DNA of 64,000 nucleotides, taken from Pseudovirgaria hyperparasitica. Taxonomy: Eukaryota. The translations under genes were made by a program, and so were the position numbers. Location: assembly GCA_010093815.1 (NCBI GenBank), contig ML996568.1; one strand, 5' to 3'. Positions 38,350-51,481 of this stretch are shown one piece after another. Under the pieces are notes generated by a model. It worked only from the letters and a program-made list of their open reading frames with translations, was not told where the DNA came from and searched no databases. Each line of letters opens with the position of its first letter. Within the stretch, counting starts at the first letter, position 1.

Positions 38350-38949
38350 GGTGAGGAGAGCCTTTGTTACTGCATTACTGAGCGAACTTGTATATATCTC
38401 CGTCTCTCAAAGCGCACTCTATAAAGCATCTTCAAGACGCGGCCCTTTCCAAGCGGATAGTGAGTGATTCGTGAATGATAGAAGTATGATTCTCCGTTGA
38501 GAGATGCTGTGAATCGCCCAACGCTTGATACATCAATAGCTCTATGAGTGGTATTGTTGAATTATTGTCATCATCTTAGGTGAAGTTTTGCGCACTATCC
38601 TATTGTTCTTGTCATCGTCAATAGGTCTCATGTTTTCGTACAGTGATGGATGGTTGCCAAGTTAGTCATCCATGGATCCGCATGGATCCATCCCTCGCAG
38701 GCTTCCCCACTGACTATTGCTTCACCAACCTCGTTTCTTCGTTCCTACTACGCCTCCAGATAGATTTCGCATCCGCACTCTGCGTTCCGACCCTTCGCCA
38801 TGCTAACTGTCCTCACTTTGATTGTAAAATCTGCAGAGTAAGCAGACCGCCACCTCAACTATTCGCGTGCCCACGAACAGCCTCACATCGACATCCCATC
38901 GACGCCGCCGAGATCCGCTATCGTCATCCACATTGACAAGAGAATCCTC

Positions 38950-40916
38950 ATGGCCGACCAAATGGCAGGCCAGCAAGGCCCTCCGCACTTGCGGCTGAAC
39001 CCTCCGCTGTTGAAGGTTGAAGAGATCCAGCGCGCCACTTTCCTGGATGGAGCCACCAAGGCGAAATATAGCGAAGTATTCAAGAAGCTATGGAGCTACC
39101 TCGACACGAATCCAGAGTCGACAGAGTACAAGAATGCTGCCATGAGGCTACAGGAGTTCTCGGCGAAGTTGAGACAGATGGCGGGAACATACCGTCAACG
39201 CATGTCGCAGCAAGCACAGCAACAAAACCAAGGCGGGCAAGCGACTGCAAACGGGCAGCAGAATCAAGGACAGCAGAATCAGGGTCAAAATAACAATGCG
39301 CAACCGCAATCAGTGCAACAAAGCGCACAGTCCGGGCAGAACGGTCAACAGTCACAGCAGCAACAACCACAAAGCGCAGCTCAACAAGGCCAAGCGCGAC
39401 CCGAGCAATCTGCTCAAGCGCCCAGAGGATACCCACAAAGCGTCATCAACCATATCCAAACATTTCCTTTCGTTCTACCTCTCGGCTTGGATCCACGCAG
39501 TCCAGAGGGGATAGAAAAGCTGAAGAATATTAAACAGGCGTACGCGACGCAGCTGACGCGCATGGAAAGTGCCCGGGTGACTATTGGGAAAATCAACGCA
39601 CAATTAGACCAGCTGAACAAGAGCGGACAGCCCATCCCTGAGAATTTTTTGCGACAGAAAGCCGAGGCAGAGCAGATGCACACCACGTCGCGGAAATACG
39701 TGGAGGATTTCAGAACGAAGCAAGCTCAGCTTACACAGGAGCTCAAGGTCCGACAAGCCGCTGCCAAACAGGGACAACAGCCTGCGAATATGCAAGCTTC
39801 AACTGCTAGCGCTCAATCTAAGGTAGAAGGCAACACGGCTCCTCCTCCCCAGCAACAACAAGCCATGCAGCCACAGCAGCAGCAACAACAGCAGCAACAC
39901 CCTCAGCAGAATCAACAGTCTCATCAAGCCCCTCCGCAGAATGTCGGACCAGGCGTACCCAGACCAACACAAAGCCCAGCGACCATGGGGCAACAGCAAC
40001 AGCAGCAACAGCACTTCCCGCAACAAGGTCAGACGCCGAATATCGGGGCGCCAATGAATGGACAACATCAGCAGAATGGTATGCAGAATGGTATGAATTT
40101 CCAGAGACCACAGCCTATGCCTCAACAACAGAACCCCATGAGCGCGGGCCCAGGAGGACAGCAGAATTCTCCTCAGACCCAGGGTCCATCGCACAACAAC
40201 CCCGTGCCCCTCTCACATCAAGATGCCGTTAGCGCCGCGCGCTCCTATTCCGATCCAAGGCCAAATGGCACTCCGCAGCAAACCTCAACGCCTGGCTTCA
40301 GCCCAGGGAACCAACGCGATGTCACGAATAATCCTAAGATGCCAATTCCCAAGCAGCTGAACGTTCCAGCTCCGGTGCCCGTCAACATGGGTCCTTCGCG
40401 GCCAACGATGGGTGGTAGTGGAGCTTCTGGTATGATGGGTCAGCCTGTGCTGAACAAACTCCCAGGCTATATGCTGGAAGGCGACAGCGAACGTGTTCTT
40501 AGCAAGAAGAAGCTCGACGAGCTAGTGCGGCAGATCACCGGCGGAGGCGACTCAGCTGGCGGCGAGACGTTGACGCCAGAAGTGGAGGAGGTAAGCCGCC
40601 ACTACAGCCACTCTGGCTACATACATACATTACCACAAGCTAACAGCAGCCATCACAGACAATGCTCCAGCTCGCCGACGACTTCGTCGACAACATCATC
40701 TCCACCGCCTGCAAGGTCTCGAAGCTGCGCGAATCCAACCAGCTCGACATACGCGACATCCAACTCGTCCTCGAGCGCAACTACAACATCCGCGTCCCGG
40801 GCTTCGCCAGCGACGAGATCAGAACAGTGCGCAAGCTCCACCCGGCGCCCGGTTGGAACGAGAAGATGAAGGCCCTCCAGGCAGCCAAGATCATGGGCGG
40901 CAAGACGGACATGTAA
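38950..40916 (+). CDS. TAF12: TFIID/SAGA subunit TAF12; intron about 40591-40658
   Basis: Long Q-rich N-terminus; histone fold [50 protein letters not shown]. Confidence 0.93.
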
Positions 40917-41215
40917 AACACCAAAAAAACCATTTTAGATATATCTTTCAGGAGGAGGAGGAGGGGGATGGGTGACGGTTTCGACGTCAGGCGCATTTAT
41001 CACATGGGGAATATACAAGGGGAATCTGGTCTCCCAAGGGACGGGACCCAATTGTTAGGGGGGGGGGCGCTACTGGGCGCTGGCGTAAGGTATGTTATTA
41101 TCGATCGATCGGGGCTCATCACTGCGAAGATGTGGATTTTCTGTAATACCATTGAGATTGAGGTAGGTTTGAGGGGGTGGTGGGTTGGGATGGGATGGAA
41201 TGGGATCATGCTTTG

Positions 41216-41255
41216 CCTACTTACTTACCTACCTACCTACCTACCTACCTACCTA
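41216..41255. repeat. (CCTA)n tetranucleotide microsatellite
   Basis: Directly visible. Confidence 0.9.
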
Positions 41256-42644
41256 TACCATATTCTGAATAAGGATGCGTTTTACACCTCGTCGATCAGA
41301 CGGACAATGTTTCCCGTCTTTGGTTCGACGCGAGAGTTGACTGGCTCGCTGGCTGGCTGACGTGCATGCATGCATGCATGGATTTTTCCTTATCCTATTC
41401 TATCCCGTTTGTAGGCGTTGGCGTTGGCGTCATACAGCTAGGTGATGATTTTCTTCCATCCATATATATATAGAAAGACGGGATGGATTGCAAAATGGCT
41501 CGATCGTTTCTCTGCCACGAATGCTGCTGATGCTGGTGTTGGTGCTGGTGGACTAGATGGTTGCAGCGGCGGCGAAGAGTCCGACCGAGACTGGACTTGA
41601 AAAGATCCCCGAAGAGTTCGAAAAGCTGGAGAACCTCGTCTAAGAAGACCTCGTCAAGCCAACCTCCAATCTCTCCGGCCTCGTGAGTTCCTCCCTTTCT
41701 CCCCCCTATTCCCCCAAACCCGCCTCGAATGATATCTTATATCTAAAACGCTCCCTCCAACAGCTTCTACAAACTGTCGGAATCCGTGACTTGTTGGGGT
41801 ATGAAGTGTGAGGGTGTATGGGTGCGTATGAAAGAATCGATATGCATTGAGTTGCTCGTATTATATGGAACGTAGAACTTAATGACTCTCCATTTTGATA
41901 ATTTTGACTAGAATTACAATAGTTATCATCCAATATAGTACCACGTGCCCTCCTCCCTCGTGAAGAGTCATTGTAATGACGGAAAAGGAAGAGGTTCAGA
42001 TAGAACGACTACAAACGTAGAATTCGTAAACGAAAACGCCTATAAACCTCCCTACTCCTCAACTCTCAAGCACTCTGTCCAAGCACGGCACAAAATCTTC
42101 TGTATCAAGCGTTGTTGGGAGAGCATCACTGTAGATGATCATCATGTCCGTCCAGACAAGTTGATATTCGCATACGGTGTCGGAAACTGTGAAGAGCTGT
42201 CCTGGATAGACAGAATGACGATTGTCGAGGATGTCGGTATGTTTGGAGTTTCATCTAGCTACTTCAAACGAGCAAGGTAGAGGTCATGGTAGCGAAGATA
42301 ATAGCCAGACGTCAAGAGCGGGTCGATGAGGGTGCCAATTAAGTATTCTGTGAGGGCCAGAACTGTATGCAGAATTGAAAGGAGCATGGTCAAAAGATCT
42401 TGCTGTTGGTATGCCGCGAGGTATACGTCGACGGGCTTGATCTGTGCGTATTCACCCTGCGGAGGGGAGGCTTCCAGTTTCTTGTCGATCCACCTTGGTC
42501 TCATTTGTATCGTTTTGCCGGGCGGATGACTTGACGGATCCAGGTGCAGTAGTGTCGGTATCTTGCGAGGCGTTTCGCTACAGTATGTGACTGCCGCGTC
42601 GCCCGATTACTCTCAGTGGAGCTCTGCGCTGTCAAACGAACCTG

Positions 42645-43382
42645 CTATCCCTGACGCCGCTGCTCTCTCGCAATCTCTAGGTTCTCCCAAGCCGCGCGGT
42701 CCGAGGTCTTCCTTGTGAGCATATGCGTCATGACGTGGGCGCAAATACCACGTGCAGTGTCGGTGGAGATGACTCGCTTTCTCAGAAACGATATATCATG
42801 ATGGTCTTGCTGGTAGAGCTCTGTCAGTCGTACGATACATCTCCCAAAATGCTCCGCTGATTTGAGCGTCGTCGGATTTGGCGCCATCATTGATCCAGTG
42901 GTTTTATTTACAAAGAAGAGTAGAACGGCGACGTTCCTCCGATGAAGATGGCTGTTCTGCATGGGTCCGATCTCCTCACCGCGCTCATACTGCTGCACGG
43001 CCACCGGTGTGCCTGGCTTCCCAGGTCCCTCCAGGACCTCCTCCAGCTCTCGCAAGATCAGCAGAGAAGATTTGTGGCTGATGATGCGTTCAAACTCTGC
43101 CTCGCTGACCTTGCAGACGGCAGCAAGGTGATACCTTGAGCGCCACAATTGTGCCGGGAGAAAAAGTTTGAACGGCTCACATCCGTCGTGTGGGTGATTG
43201 AGGTCCACGATTTCCGGCTCTTTGAGTCGGTACAAGTGTTCGTGCTCTAGTATGAGCGCGGATGCAGAGAACGTCCAGTCGGGCAAGTGCCCCGAGGTCG
43301 CTTCTGCCACCTCTTTGCTTACTTTGTATTTCTGTAACGGGTCTGGCACATCTGTCATGTATGGCATCTTCGGTATATCCAT
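42645..43382 (-). CDS. Hypothetical protein, 245 aa, no recognised family
   Basis: ATG-initiated ORF with protein-like composition and no recognisable motif. Confidence 0.4.
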   Translation of the reverse strand: MDIPKMPYMTDVPDPLQKYKVSKEVAEATSGHLPDWTFSASALILEHEHLYRLKEPEIVDLNHPHDGCEPFKLFLPAQLWRSRYHLAAVCKVSEAEFERIISHKSSLLILRELEEVLEGPGKPGTPVAVQQYERGEEIGPMQNSHLHRRNVAVLLFFVNKTTGSMMAPNPTTLKSAEHFGRCIVRLTELYQQDHHDISFLRKRVISTDTARGICAHVMTHMLTRKTSDRAAWENLEIAREQRRQG

Positions 43383-43499
43383 TGTGTTTCAGCGAGGGAA
43401 TTGGTAAGATTGGGTACGGTATACCGCACAGATATGAGCGACTAAGGTGTAAGGATAAGTCCGAATGAGGGTAGGATGGAGCGGAAAGTTTTATGGAAG

Positions 43500-45150
43500 A
43501 AATGACTTAAGATCTGAAAGATGTGGGTTTTCTGGTCTGGATTTCAGAAGGGAGGATTTGAGGAGGGTTCCCTGCCTGAAGAAGGGAATGAGTTTTGAGT
43601 CAATAAGCGAACAGTGGCTATGAGATGGAACAAGATAGAGAAAACGGACAGTGCCCGACAAGTGTCCAGGTTTGAGATATATACTGCCCTGGATAACTTG
43701 TTTAACTCTCCATCTCGATTGTGTTTGTTCTGCCAGTCTGCTCCTGCAGATACACTGCACTGTTCGTTAACATATTACATGTTGGAACCGTTGTTGTACA
43801 AAAAGGGATCTCGGTTATATTTATATCTCGGTTCCAGGCTGAGTCAATCCCCTGTCAATATACTATATGGACTTGGATACTGTGACCAGAGCTTCGGTTG
43901 TGTAACATATCCCTGCAGTTGCAAGCACACTGGCGTTAGGTGTACCTCCAATACAGTATCTCGGAAAGAAAGTTACCTCTTGGAATCAGAACACGGGAGG
44001 CCTCGAAGCAGGGCCTATAAAGATTTAATGCCAGATATTCTGATAATCATTCTCCAAAGAGAGGACGCCCGTAAAGGAGGAATAAGCTCAGGAAAATCTA
44101 TATAGGCGACGCTTTACTGGTATTTGGTATTCTATACACCTCCCTCCAGACTGTATCGTCTTGTATATTCATTATTCAGGATCATTCACTGGCTGATGAA
44201 TCGGACCCTGATAGCTAGTGGAAGGGCTCTCAATTCCTGCTTCATTGTAGCCTTCGTGTTGAATAAGATTATATAGCAAGAAGAGTCAAGGCCCTACAGA
44301 AGTCGAATCATACACAAGCTCGCATGCTTTTCAGTCGTTAAAAGTAATCTTTTCCATAATTCTGTCTTGATTCCTCCATCTTCAGCCTCTTCCTTGATGC
44401 AATCTTTCAGTCCTGTATAATCTTACACTTCATGATGTCGCTAGCCCCCTGGATTCCATTATCGGCAAGAGGGTAAGTATTGGTGAGCATTTCTATTATG
44501 ATTCATGCCAAGTTTGCTAGAGTGATGGAAAACAATGGATTGAATGCTGTGCTAAGTTAGACAGTGTCTTGATGGCTGCGGTCCAGCTTTTGGAGGGGAG
44601 ATGGCACTCCAGTGACTTCGCTTTTCATGTTATGTTTCCTATTTTGCATTCTTCTTGCCCCTATAGCGCCAATATATCCTTCTACCGGAAGTGCGAATGC
44701 CATAACTGCTATACGTCTTTCGATTTATCGGAGGTTCTCCATATGAACTGTTACGCCGATGATATTATTAGAGTCTCTTTGTGTCACGCCACACATTTCA
44801 GATTGGTGGATAGCAGCTGAACTGAAGAGCTTAGTACGTATAGATGGCTCATGTGATCTTAGCTATTGACTTGAACATCTAGAATCTCGATCGTCGAAGG
44901 ATCATTGCGGTAGCCTATGTATGATACACATGTACCCCTTGGTTGGATCCTTCGCACCTGGGGATCTTTATCGAACTTATTTCGACTCCTTCGAGGAGAC
45001 TAAACAAATATATATCGTGGAGTTGTAGGTGAAGATCGAGGACGGCTTCGTCGCGTGGTAGTTGAAATAGGTTCGTATGCGATTTTTGATCATGTTCATA
45101 CGATAGGGGACATCGGAAGTGCTTCAATATCTGACCCTCCACGAGGGGTT
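43500..45150 (-). pseudogene. Possible RIP-degraded gene or element relic
   Basis: Minus-strand frames read as protein-like stretches broken by TAG/TAA/TGA stops, compatible with C-to-T changes. Identity not recognised. Confidence 0.3.
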
Positions 45151-45473
45151 GTTGTTAGAAAGATCGTCATCCCAGGAATCAGAGCAGGTATCTGGCCGAG
45201 CTGAGATAGTAAAGGTGTGTAATTGAGATGTGAGAGAAGCGATTTGAACGAGTGTGGATTTCAAGTACCGAGTTGGTGATTGTTCACAAGCGAGTAGGTA
45301 GGCTTTGTAGCTTCACAAAGAGACGTTGTTCAACATTGGCCAAGAAGAAATAGGAGAATGAAATTGAACAATTCTCAATGAAACGCACCAGTATAGTAAA
45401 GAAACTGTATACATGAACGGACTCTAGCCTCGACCTCAAACGCCATCATCACACAATTCGCGGGATCTTGCAT

Positions 45474-46560
45474 CTACAGCGGCAGTTCCCGGTACGTATA
45501 CAAAGCGGTAGTGACAGCATGATACCCCCTCCGTCCCACCCTCACCGCCAACTCACTCCTCCAATCTTCCCCCTTCATAACCTTCTCCAACGCCGCCTGA
45601 AACGTGTACACAGGCTTCCACCCAAGCTCCACCTGCGCCCTCGACGAATCATAGATCCGATCAAACGCATCCAAAAACTCCCACCCCAAGGCCCTAAAAG
45701 CCAGCTCCGTGCCCGGCAGCACGTCCTCTAGCACGCCTCTTGCGTCACTGTTCAGTCTCTGCAGCGTCTTCGCGTCGCCCGCGAACGGACTCGGCGCGCT
45801 GATGACATACTTTGCAAACCCGATCTGCGAGGCCTTCTCCATTGCGCAAATGCATGACTGCACGACGTCGTGGATGTCGACGCGGCGGTAGCACAGCTCG
45901 AGGACTTTGATATTGTCGTTGGACATGTACTTGCGTAGGCCTGTCTCGTCGTCGGGCTGTTGGAAAAAGCGACTGACGCGTAGGACAATGATAGGCATGC
46001 CTGTCTTTGTGTGGAAGAACTGGCATACATCTTCGGCGGCTGTCTTGCTGAGGCCGTAGATATTCTTGGGGACGGAGATCAGAGATTCTGTAAGTGGTGG
46101 TGGTGTTAGCTTTTGTGCTTGGTGAGGGGATAGGGGCTTCTTTACCGTCAACCCACACGGCCGGTTGGCCTTTGGAGGGGCTTAGTACTGAGCCAAATGC
46201 AGATGTTGTGCTAACATATACGAAGGATATGCGTTCTCTGCACTTGCTGACCTCGTCAACGAGGATATTCGTGCCGGTGATGTTTGTGGTGATGAATTCC
46301 TCGTTGGTGTGGGAGATGATATGAGGTTTGTGTAGGCCACCAGCGTGTATGACATATCTGATGCCGCGGTTGGTTGAGAGAATGTGAGAGATGAAGGTAC
46401 GATCAGCGAAAGAACCGACAAAGCTTGTCGTTGAAGAAGGGAGGATGTCGATGCCCAAAGGCCGGTAACCTAAGCTTGGGAGGAAGAGCATCAGGGCATG
46501 ACCGAGATGGCCAGCTGAGCCGGTGATGAGTACATCGTATGTTAAAGTTGGTGCTCTCAT
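45474..46560 (-). CDS. NAD-dependent epimerase/dehydratase (extended SDR); intron 46145-46088
   Basis: VLITGSAGHLG, HAGGLHKPH, TNITGT, YVSTTSAFG, catalytic YGLSK. Confidence 0.88.
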
Positions 46561-47748
46561 TTTGGTTTACAGAGACTTGACCCGGTAAATGAATAGATAT
46601 AAATCCTATTGCAACTTTATGAGGAGGACCTGAAAGTACCGGTCTCTTGTCGAAAGTAGTAGACACAAAGACTAAAGGTGAATGGAGAGGTACAAATTTA
46701 TAGAATCCAAGGATATAATTCAAAGGGAAGAGTGACCGTGACGCGAGGAAATGCAGGTTCATTCAAAGAGACCACAAGCACCACATAAACATCTCCTCTC
46801 CTTATGGTGGATCAAGTAAGACACAGCCTCTATCCTCTGACTGGCACATCGCCCCTCCGAAATGAAGCTACATTATTACCCATGCTTACCAGCGTATTCT
46901 TGGACACTCGAGGGCCTTGTGAGTCTATTCCTTCGCCAAGGTACCTAAAAGTTCGTCGTTATGAAGCTGTCCAATTCCTGCAAATACGTGATCCTATTCC
47001 CATTTCTGGCAAGTCTCGTCTCATCCGCTCAAGTCCATGTGATTTCCAGCCGCCTTTGATGGTGGTATTTTCAGAACCAGGCTATCCCGGTAGCCTTAGT
47101 GGTCAGGGGCTGCAATTTCCAGTATCGTGGTTGGGGATGCTGAGCATCAAAGATCGTAGCGCTAGCGGATAAACGTTACGAAGTCTCGCTAGAAGTCTGT
47201 GCTTCATGTTGATGATAGCGACCATCGACCAGAATGGAACTTGGACAAACTCTACTCCACTGGCTAACAGCTTGTGCCCGGGGCGGATTCCTAGCCTTGG
47301 CATCGTCGCCAAGTCGCCGGCCTAAACCCACGTAAACGTCGTAAGCGCTGGCATCGTACAATCTAGACCTTATACATGGGTAGACCTTAGTGCTGATGAT
47401 TAGATGCAGCATCTTCTGCGATTAGTAGCTGATTCGCTTCGCATGACCAGTAATCGGCGCAATGTTTCGCCTACTGAGGTAGTATCAACAAACGCACGGG
47501 CCTCAATCCTTAGGAAAGCGATGTGCGTTGTGGCTGAGTTTAGTCGTGCAATGACAGGGCTTGTAGGCATTTCCCCATTTGGGGGCCATGAGGCACACGA
47601 ATAGGTCGGGCATAACAATGTCAAACGAGTGAGGACCTTCGTCCTTTGACCGGATCAGAACTTTGGACTTGCGCTTCTGTGATCAGTTACTCCTACCTCG
47701 TCTTTCCAGTTGCACCAGTTTTGATCAGTACACATTGAATGAGCAAAC

Positions 47749-48642
47749 ATGGCAGCATTCTCTACCTTGTCCTCTTTGTATCGATTTCTCCTCTCAACAT
47801 TCCAACCCTCACTGCCGCCCCCTGAAGCTTCGAAGATGGGAACTGTCAACGTTCAGAACTTCGACTACCATCAGTTTCGCCATTATGTCCTGGACGAGAT
47901 CCCAGAGCAGTTTGCAACAGAAGATCTCATGCTTGCCGCAGGCAGGATCATACACGGAGATGCCACCCTCTGGCGTCTCTTCGGACTCGACGCCCATCAA
48001 CTGGCGCAAGAAGGCGTCAAGATCCGATGTCGTACGCTTGTTGAGTGTATGATGGACGGTATGGCCCGCACCGTAGCACAGGACATCAACAAGATTGTTC
48101 AAGAATCGGCATCAGCCTCGACAACAGCCACGCTTGCGGTATATGATCTATTCTGCGGAAGTGGCAACTTCTCGTTTCACCTCTCAGAGCAGATCAATTG
48201 CACCTTGCTCGCGTCCGAAATGGATCCCAACGTATATTCAAATCTGAATGACAATTTCAAACAGTTGGGAGTGTTTGACCAAACACAAGACCGGACTTTG
48301 CAGATAGAGAATTGCAGCTATGCAGATTTGCTGAAAACACGAAAAGCAGCCTCAGGTCCTGAGGTCTACATAGTTGACCCACCCTTTGGCAGTGCATTCA
48401 GTGATGCAGGGATGGATTTTACGAAGACAGACCCCTCACTGCCTCAGATCCTTGAAGATATTAGGCCCTCAAATCGGGGGGTTCCTGTTTTTGTTGTGCT
48501 GAAAGGGACGGATAATGTTGTACAGCCGGCGTTCGATGACATATGGATAGGGGGTGAATTGTTAGCAAAGATCTCTGTTAAGCCAGAGCTGCCATTCGGA
48601 AAGAACGCTGTGTTCTACGTGTATCGGTATGGATCTCTATAG
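47749..48642 (+). CDS. Putative class I SAM-dependent methyltransferase (RsmD/TGS1/amino-MTase-like motifs), intronless
   Basis: Motif I VYDLFCGSGN, acidic end of beta2 (ASEMDP), motif IV IVDPPFG. Confidence 0.75.
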   Translation: MAAFSTLSSLYRFLLSTFQPSLPPPEASKMGTVNVQNFDYHQFRHYVLDEIPEQFATEDLMLAAGRIIHGDATLWRLFGLDAHQLAQEGVKIRCRTLVECMMDGMARTVAQDINKIVQESASASTTATLAVYDLFCGSGNFSFHLSEQINCTLLASEMDPNVYSNLNDNFKQLGVFDQTQDRTLQIENCSYADLLKTRKAASGPEVYIVDPPFGSAFSDAGMDFTKTDPSLPQILEDIRPSNRGVPVFVVLKGTDNVVQPAFDDIWIGGELLAKISVKPELPFGKNAVFYVYRYGSL

Positions 48643-49497
48643 CTTCTCTAATAGATCCTGTCGTATAACAACATTCACTTCACCTTCACACTTTTTGGAA
48701 CAATGCTTGCCAAGCGTCAGTTCTTGCTGTAACCGAACACTGATTACACCGCCCAATGAGTTGTATCATGAAAATAAGGCCCTTCTCTCCCTTGTCACCA
48801 ATGCACTTTGCAAAGCCACGACTCACATGCAACTTGACAAACCGTCAGCAATTTAGTCAGTAATTAGTGGTGTCATCTCTCGACTGCATGTGAATTTCTG
48901 ACCCCCGACTGAAGGTCGATTACAACGCACATGAGTATCAAGTAGAGTTGACACGCTGACCTGCATGACTGGCTCTCAGTATTTCTTGGCTCTCTCAAGC
49001 AATATGCCCAGCTGAGATTTGCTTTTCACACTAATAGCAAGCGCCAAACCCTCTGGGGTTTCGGCCCCAACGGTCCGAGCCCGGCCCCCCCCGGCAGGCT
49101 GGGCCTTATGACAAGCACGGGCCTCCACGAGAATGGTCTGAGCTGGCTAGGGAGGCGGAGGCGGAAGGCGGAAGTCCGCGTTTTCTTTTTCCTCTTTGGC
49201 GGAAGCACTGCAGTCCCATGTTTAGAGTCACCCCTGCAGAGCCCACAAGCTACGCCAAGTGCCTGTTCGTCTGATGTGGCGTCTCAGCGTTACACAGTAC
49301 CTGTGTACTCGTTTATTCCCACGTTCGGCGAGTAGGCAGGCGACATGTCTGGACGTTTGTTCGTGAGAATTCGTTGTCAACACTGACTTGGCATTCACGA
49401 GACTGTCTGGTGGTTTCTCTTCACGACATGAGACTTTCCTGTGGACGATCTTGATCTGAGATATTCACGCCTTTGATCTTCCCACTTCGTGCCTGAG

Positions 49498-51327
49498 ATG
49501 GCATCGCGAGAGAATATGCTGGAGCAGTCTCCCGAGAGACAATGCTCGAAACCGCCGGTCAAGTCGAAGGACAAGACGTCCATTATGGAAGCTCTACGCA
49601 TTACAGTGATTATGTTGACGTTATCGTCGATTTTGTTCCTTGCAGCGTTGGATATGGTAACAAATCAGCAAGACTCTGCATGCAAGTACACTAACACCGG
49701 CGGCAGACTATCATTGCGACAATTGCACCAACAGTCTCGGAGCAATTCGCTTCTCCAACTGGCTATGTGTGGGCCGGTTCATCATACCTGCTGGCTTCTG
49801 CCATATCGACCCCTTCGCTTGCTAGATGCAGCGATGTTTGGGGACGCAAACCATTGATACTCGTGGCAGACTCGCTGTTTCTGCTTGGTAGCTTGCTAGC
49901 TGCGACGTCTACCTCGATGGCGATGTTTCTGGTTGGCAGAGCGATACAAGGAACCGGTGGGGGAGGCATCATTGTCCTGGTTCAGATCATCATCAGCGAT
50001 CTCTTCAGTGAAAGGTGAGTTCAATAAAGAGTCGAGTGGCTGGTCTTCTAACATGTCGAAGGGATCGAGCTGCATATTTATCTGTGATCGAGGTTGTTTT
50101 CGCTGTTGCTTTGGCTGTCGGTCCTACACTAGGGTGTGTATCATCTCTGTGCATTGTTCTATGCAATTGGCAATTCTAACACCCAGCAGTGGTGTCATCA
50201 CAGAACGAGCATCTTGGAGATGGGTTTTCTACATGAATCTACCAGCTGGAGGCGTTGCCCTGATCCTAGCATTCTTCTTCCTAGACATCCAGACGCCAGC
50301 ATTCAAATTTCTTGAAGGTGTCGCCATCATCGACTGGACTGGAAGTCTTCTCATCACTGTGGGCACCGGACTGTTCCTTGTCGGCCTCGAGTTTGGCGCA
50401 GCTGCATATCCCTGGGACTCACCGCTTGTTATCTGTTTGATCGTGTTCGGAGTTGCGATTGCAGTCGTCTTCGTGGTGTGGGAGCTATACTACTCTACCA
50501 ACCCTCTCATGCCCATGAAAGTATTCACGCATCGTAGCAGCTGTGCAACACTTATTGTGTGCTTCATGCACGGTCTTGTCTCGATGGCTGGGTCGTACTT
50601 CCTCCCACTATATTTCCAATCAGCGCTAGGCGCCTCTCCACTATCATCTGGAGTATACTTCTTACCCACGACGCTCGCTACCTCCATCGCATCGATCCTT
50701 GGTGGACTCTACATCCGAGCCACCGGTAACTATTTCTTTCCGATATTTGTTGGCCTGGTATTTATGACCGCTGGAAACGGCATGTTTGTGGACTTATCAG
50801 CGACATCTACACTTGCAAAGATAATCTTGTACCAAATTATTGCAGCTGCGGGTATCGGACTGAACTACCAGGCGCCCCTGGTTGGCCTCCAAGCGATGGT
50901 GTCTCCAGATAATGTTGCGAGCGCAACGGCAACGCTGAATTTTCTGCGCAATCTAGCGACTGCTATCTCGGTTATTGCTGGTGGTACAATATTCCAGAGC
51001 CAAATGAGCAATAAGCGCGACCGCCTGCATTCTTTGCTAGGGAACGAAATGGCGGCACGGTTTTCGGGAGAGAAGGCAGTGTCAAGTATACCTGCCATAG
51101 CAAGATTATCCTCTACGGAGCAGATTATCGTACAAGAAGCGTACGCCGATAGCTTGTCTGTTATGTGGATATTCTATACAGCTTTGTCGGCGGTGGGGTT
51201 AGTAGCTGCGGTGTGCATAACTCAATTGAAGCTCAAGAAGGAGCATGAGCAGATCTCCACAGGCATTGACGCTGAGATGAGGCGAATAGATGCAATAAGA
51301 GTAGAACGAGAGGACGGGAAATCCTGA
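49498..51327 (+). CDS. MFS drug:H+ antiporter (DHA2, 14-TMS); 3 introns
   Basis: FLAALDM|TII, SDVWGRKP, GRAIQGTGGGG, GPTLGG, WRWVFYMNLP, IDWTG, FLPLYFQ. Confidence 0.9.
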
Positions 51328-51481
51328 TCAGAACACAGTATAATTCATTCAAAAGTCAAGTCTTCATCTCTCCAGTACACCAAACTCTAGTCATTTACTC
51401 GTAAATCGTCCCCAGTACAGAAGTGAAACAGGCGTCAAACCTCACATAATGAATGAGTATTGCGTCTCTACACGAGATGCT

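Noticed and set aside
46804..47624. Short ORFs between the epimerase and the methyltransferase
   Set aside because: No motif or consistent splice pattern; cannot be supported as a gene or pseudogene.
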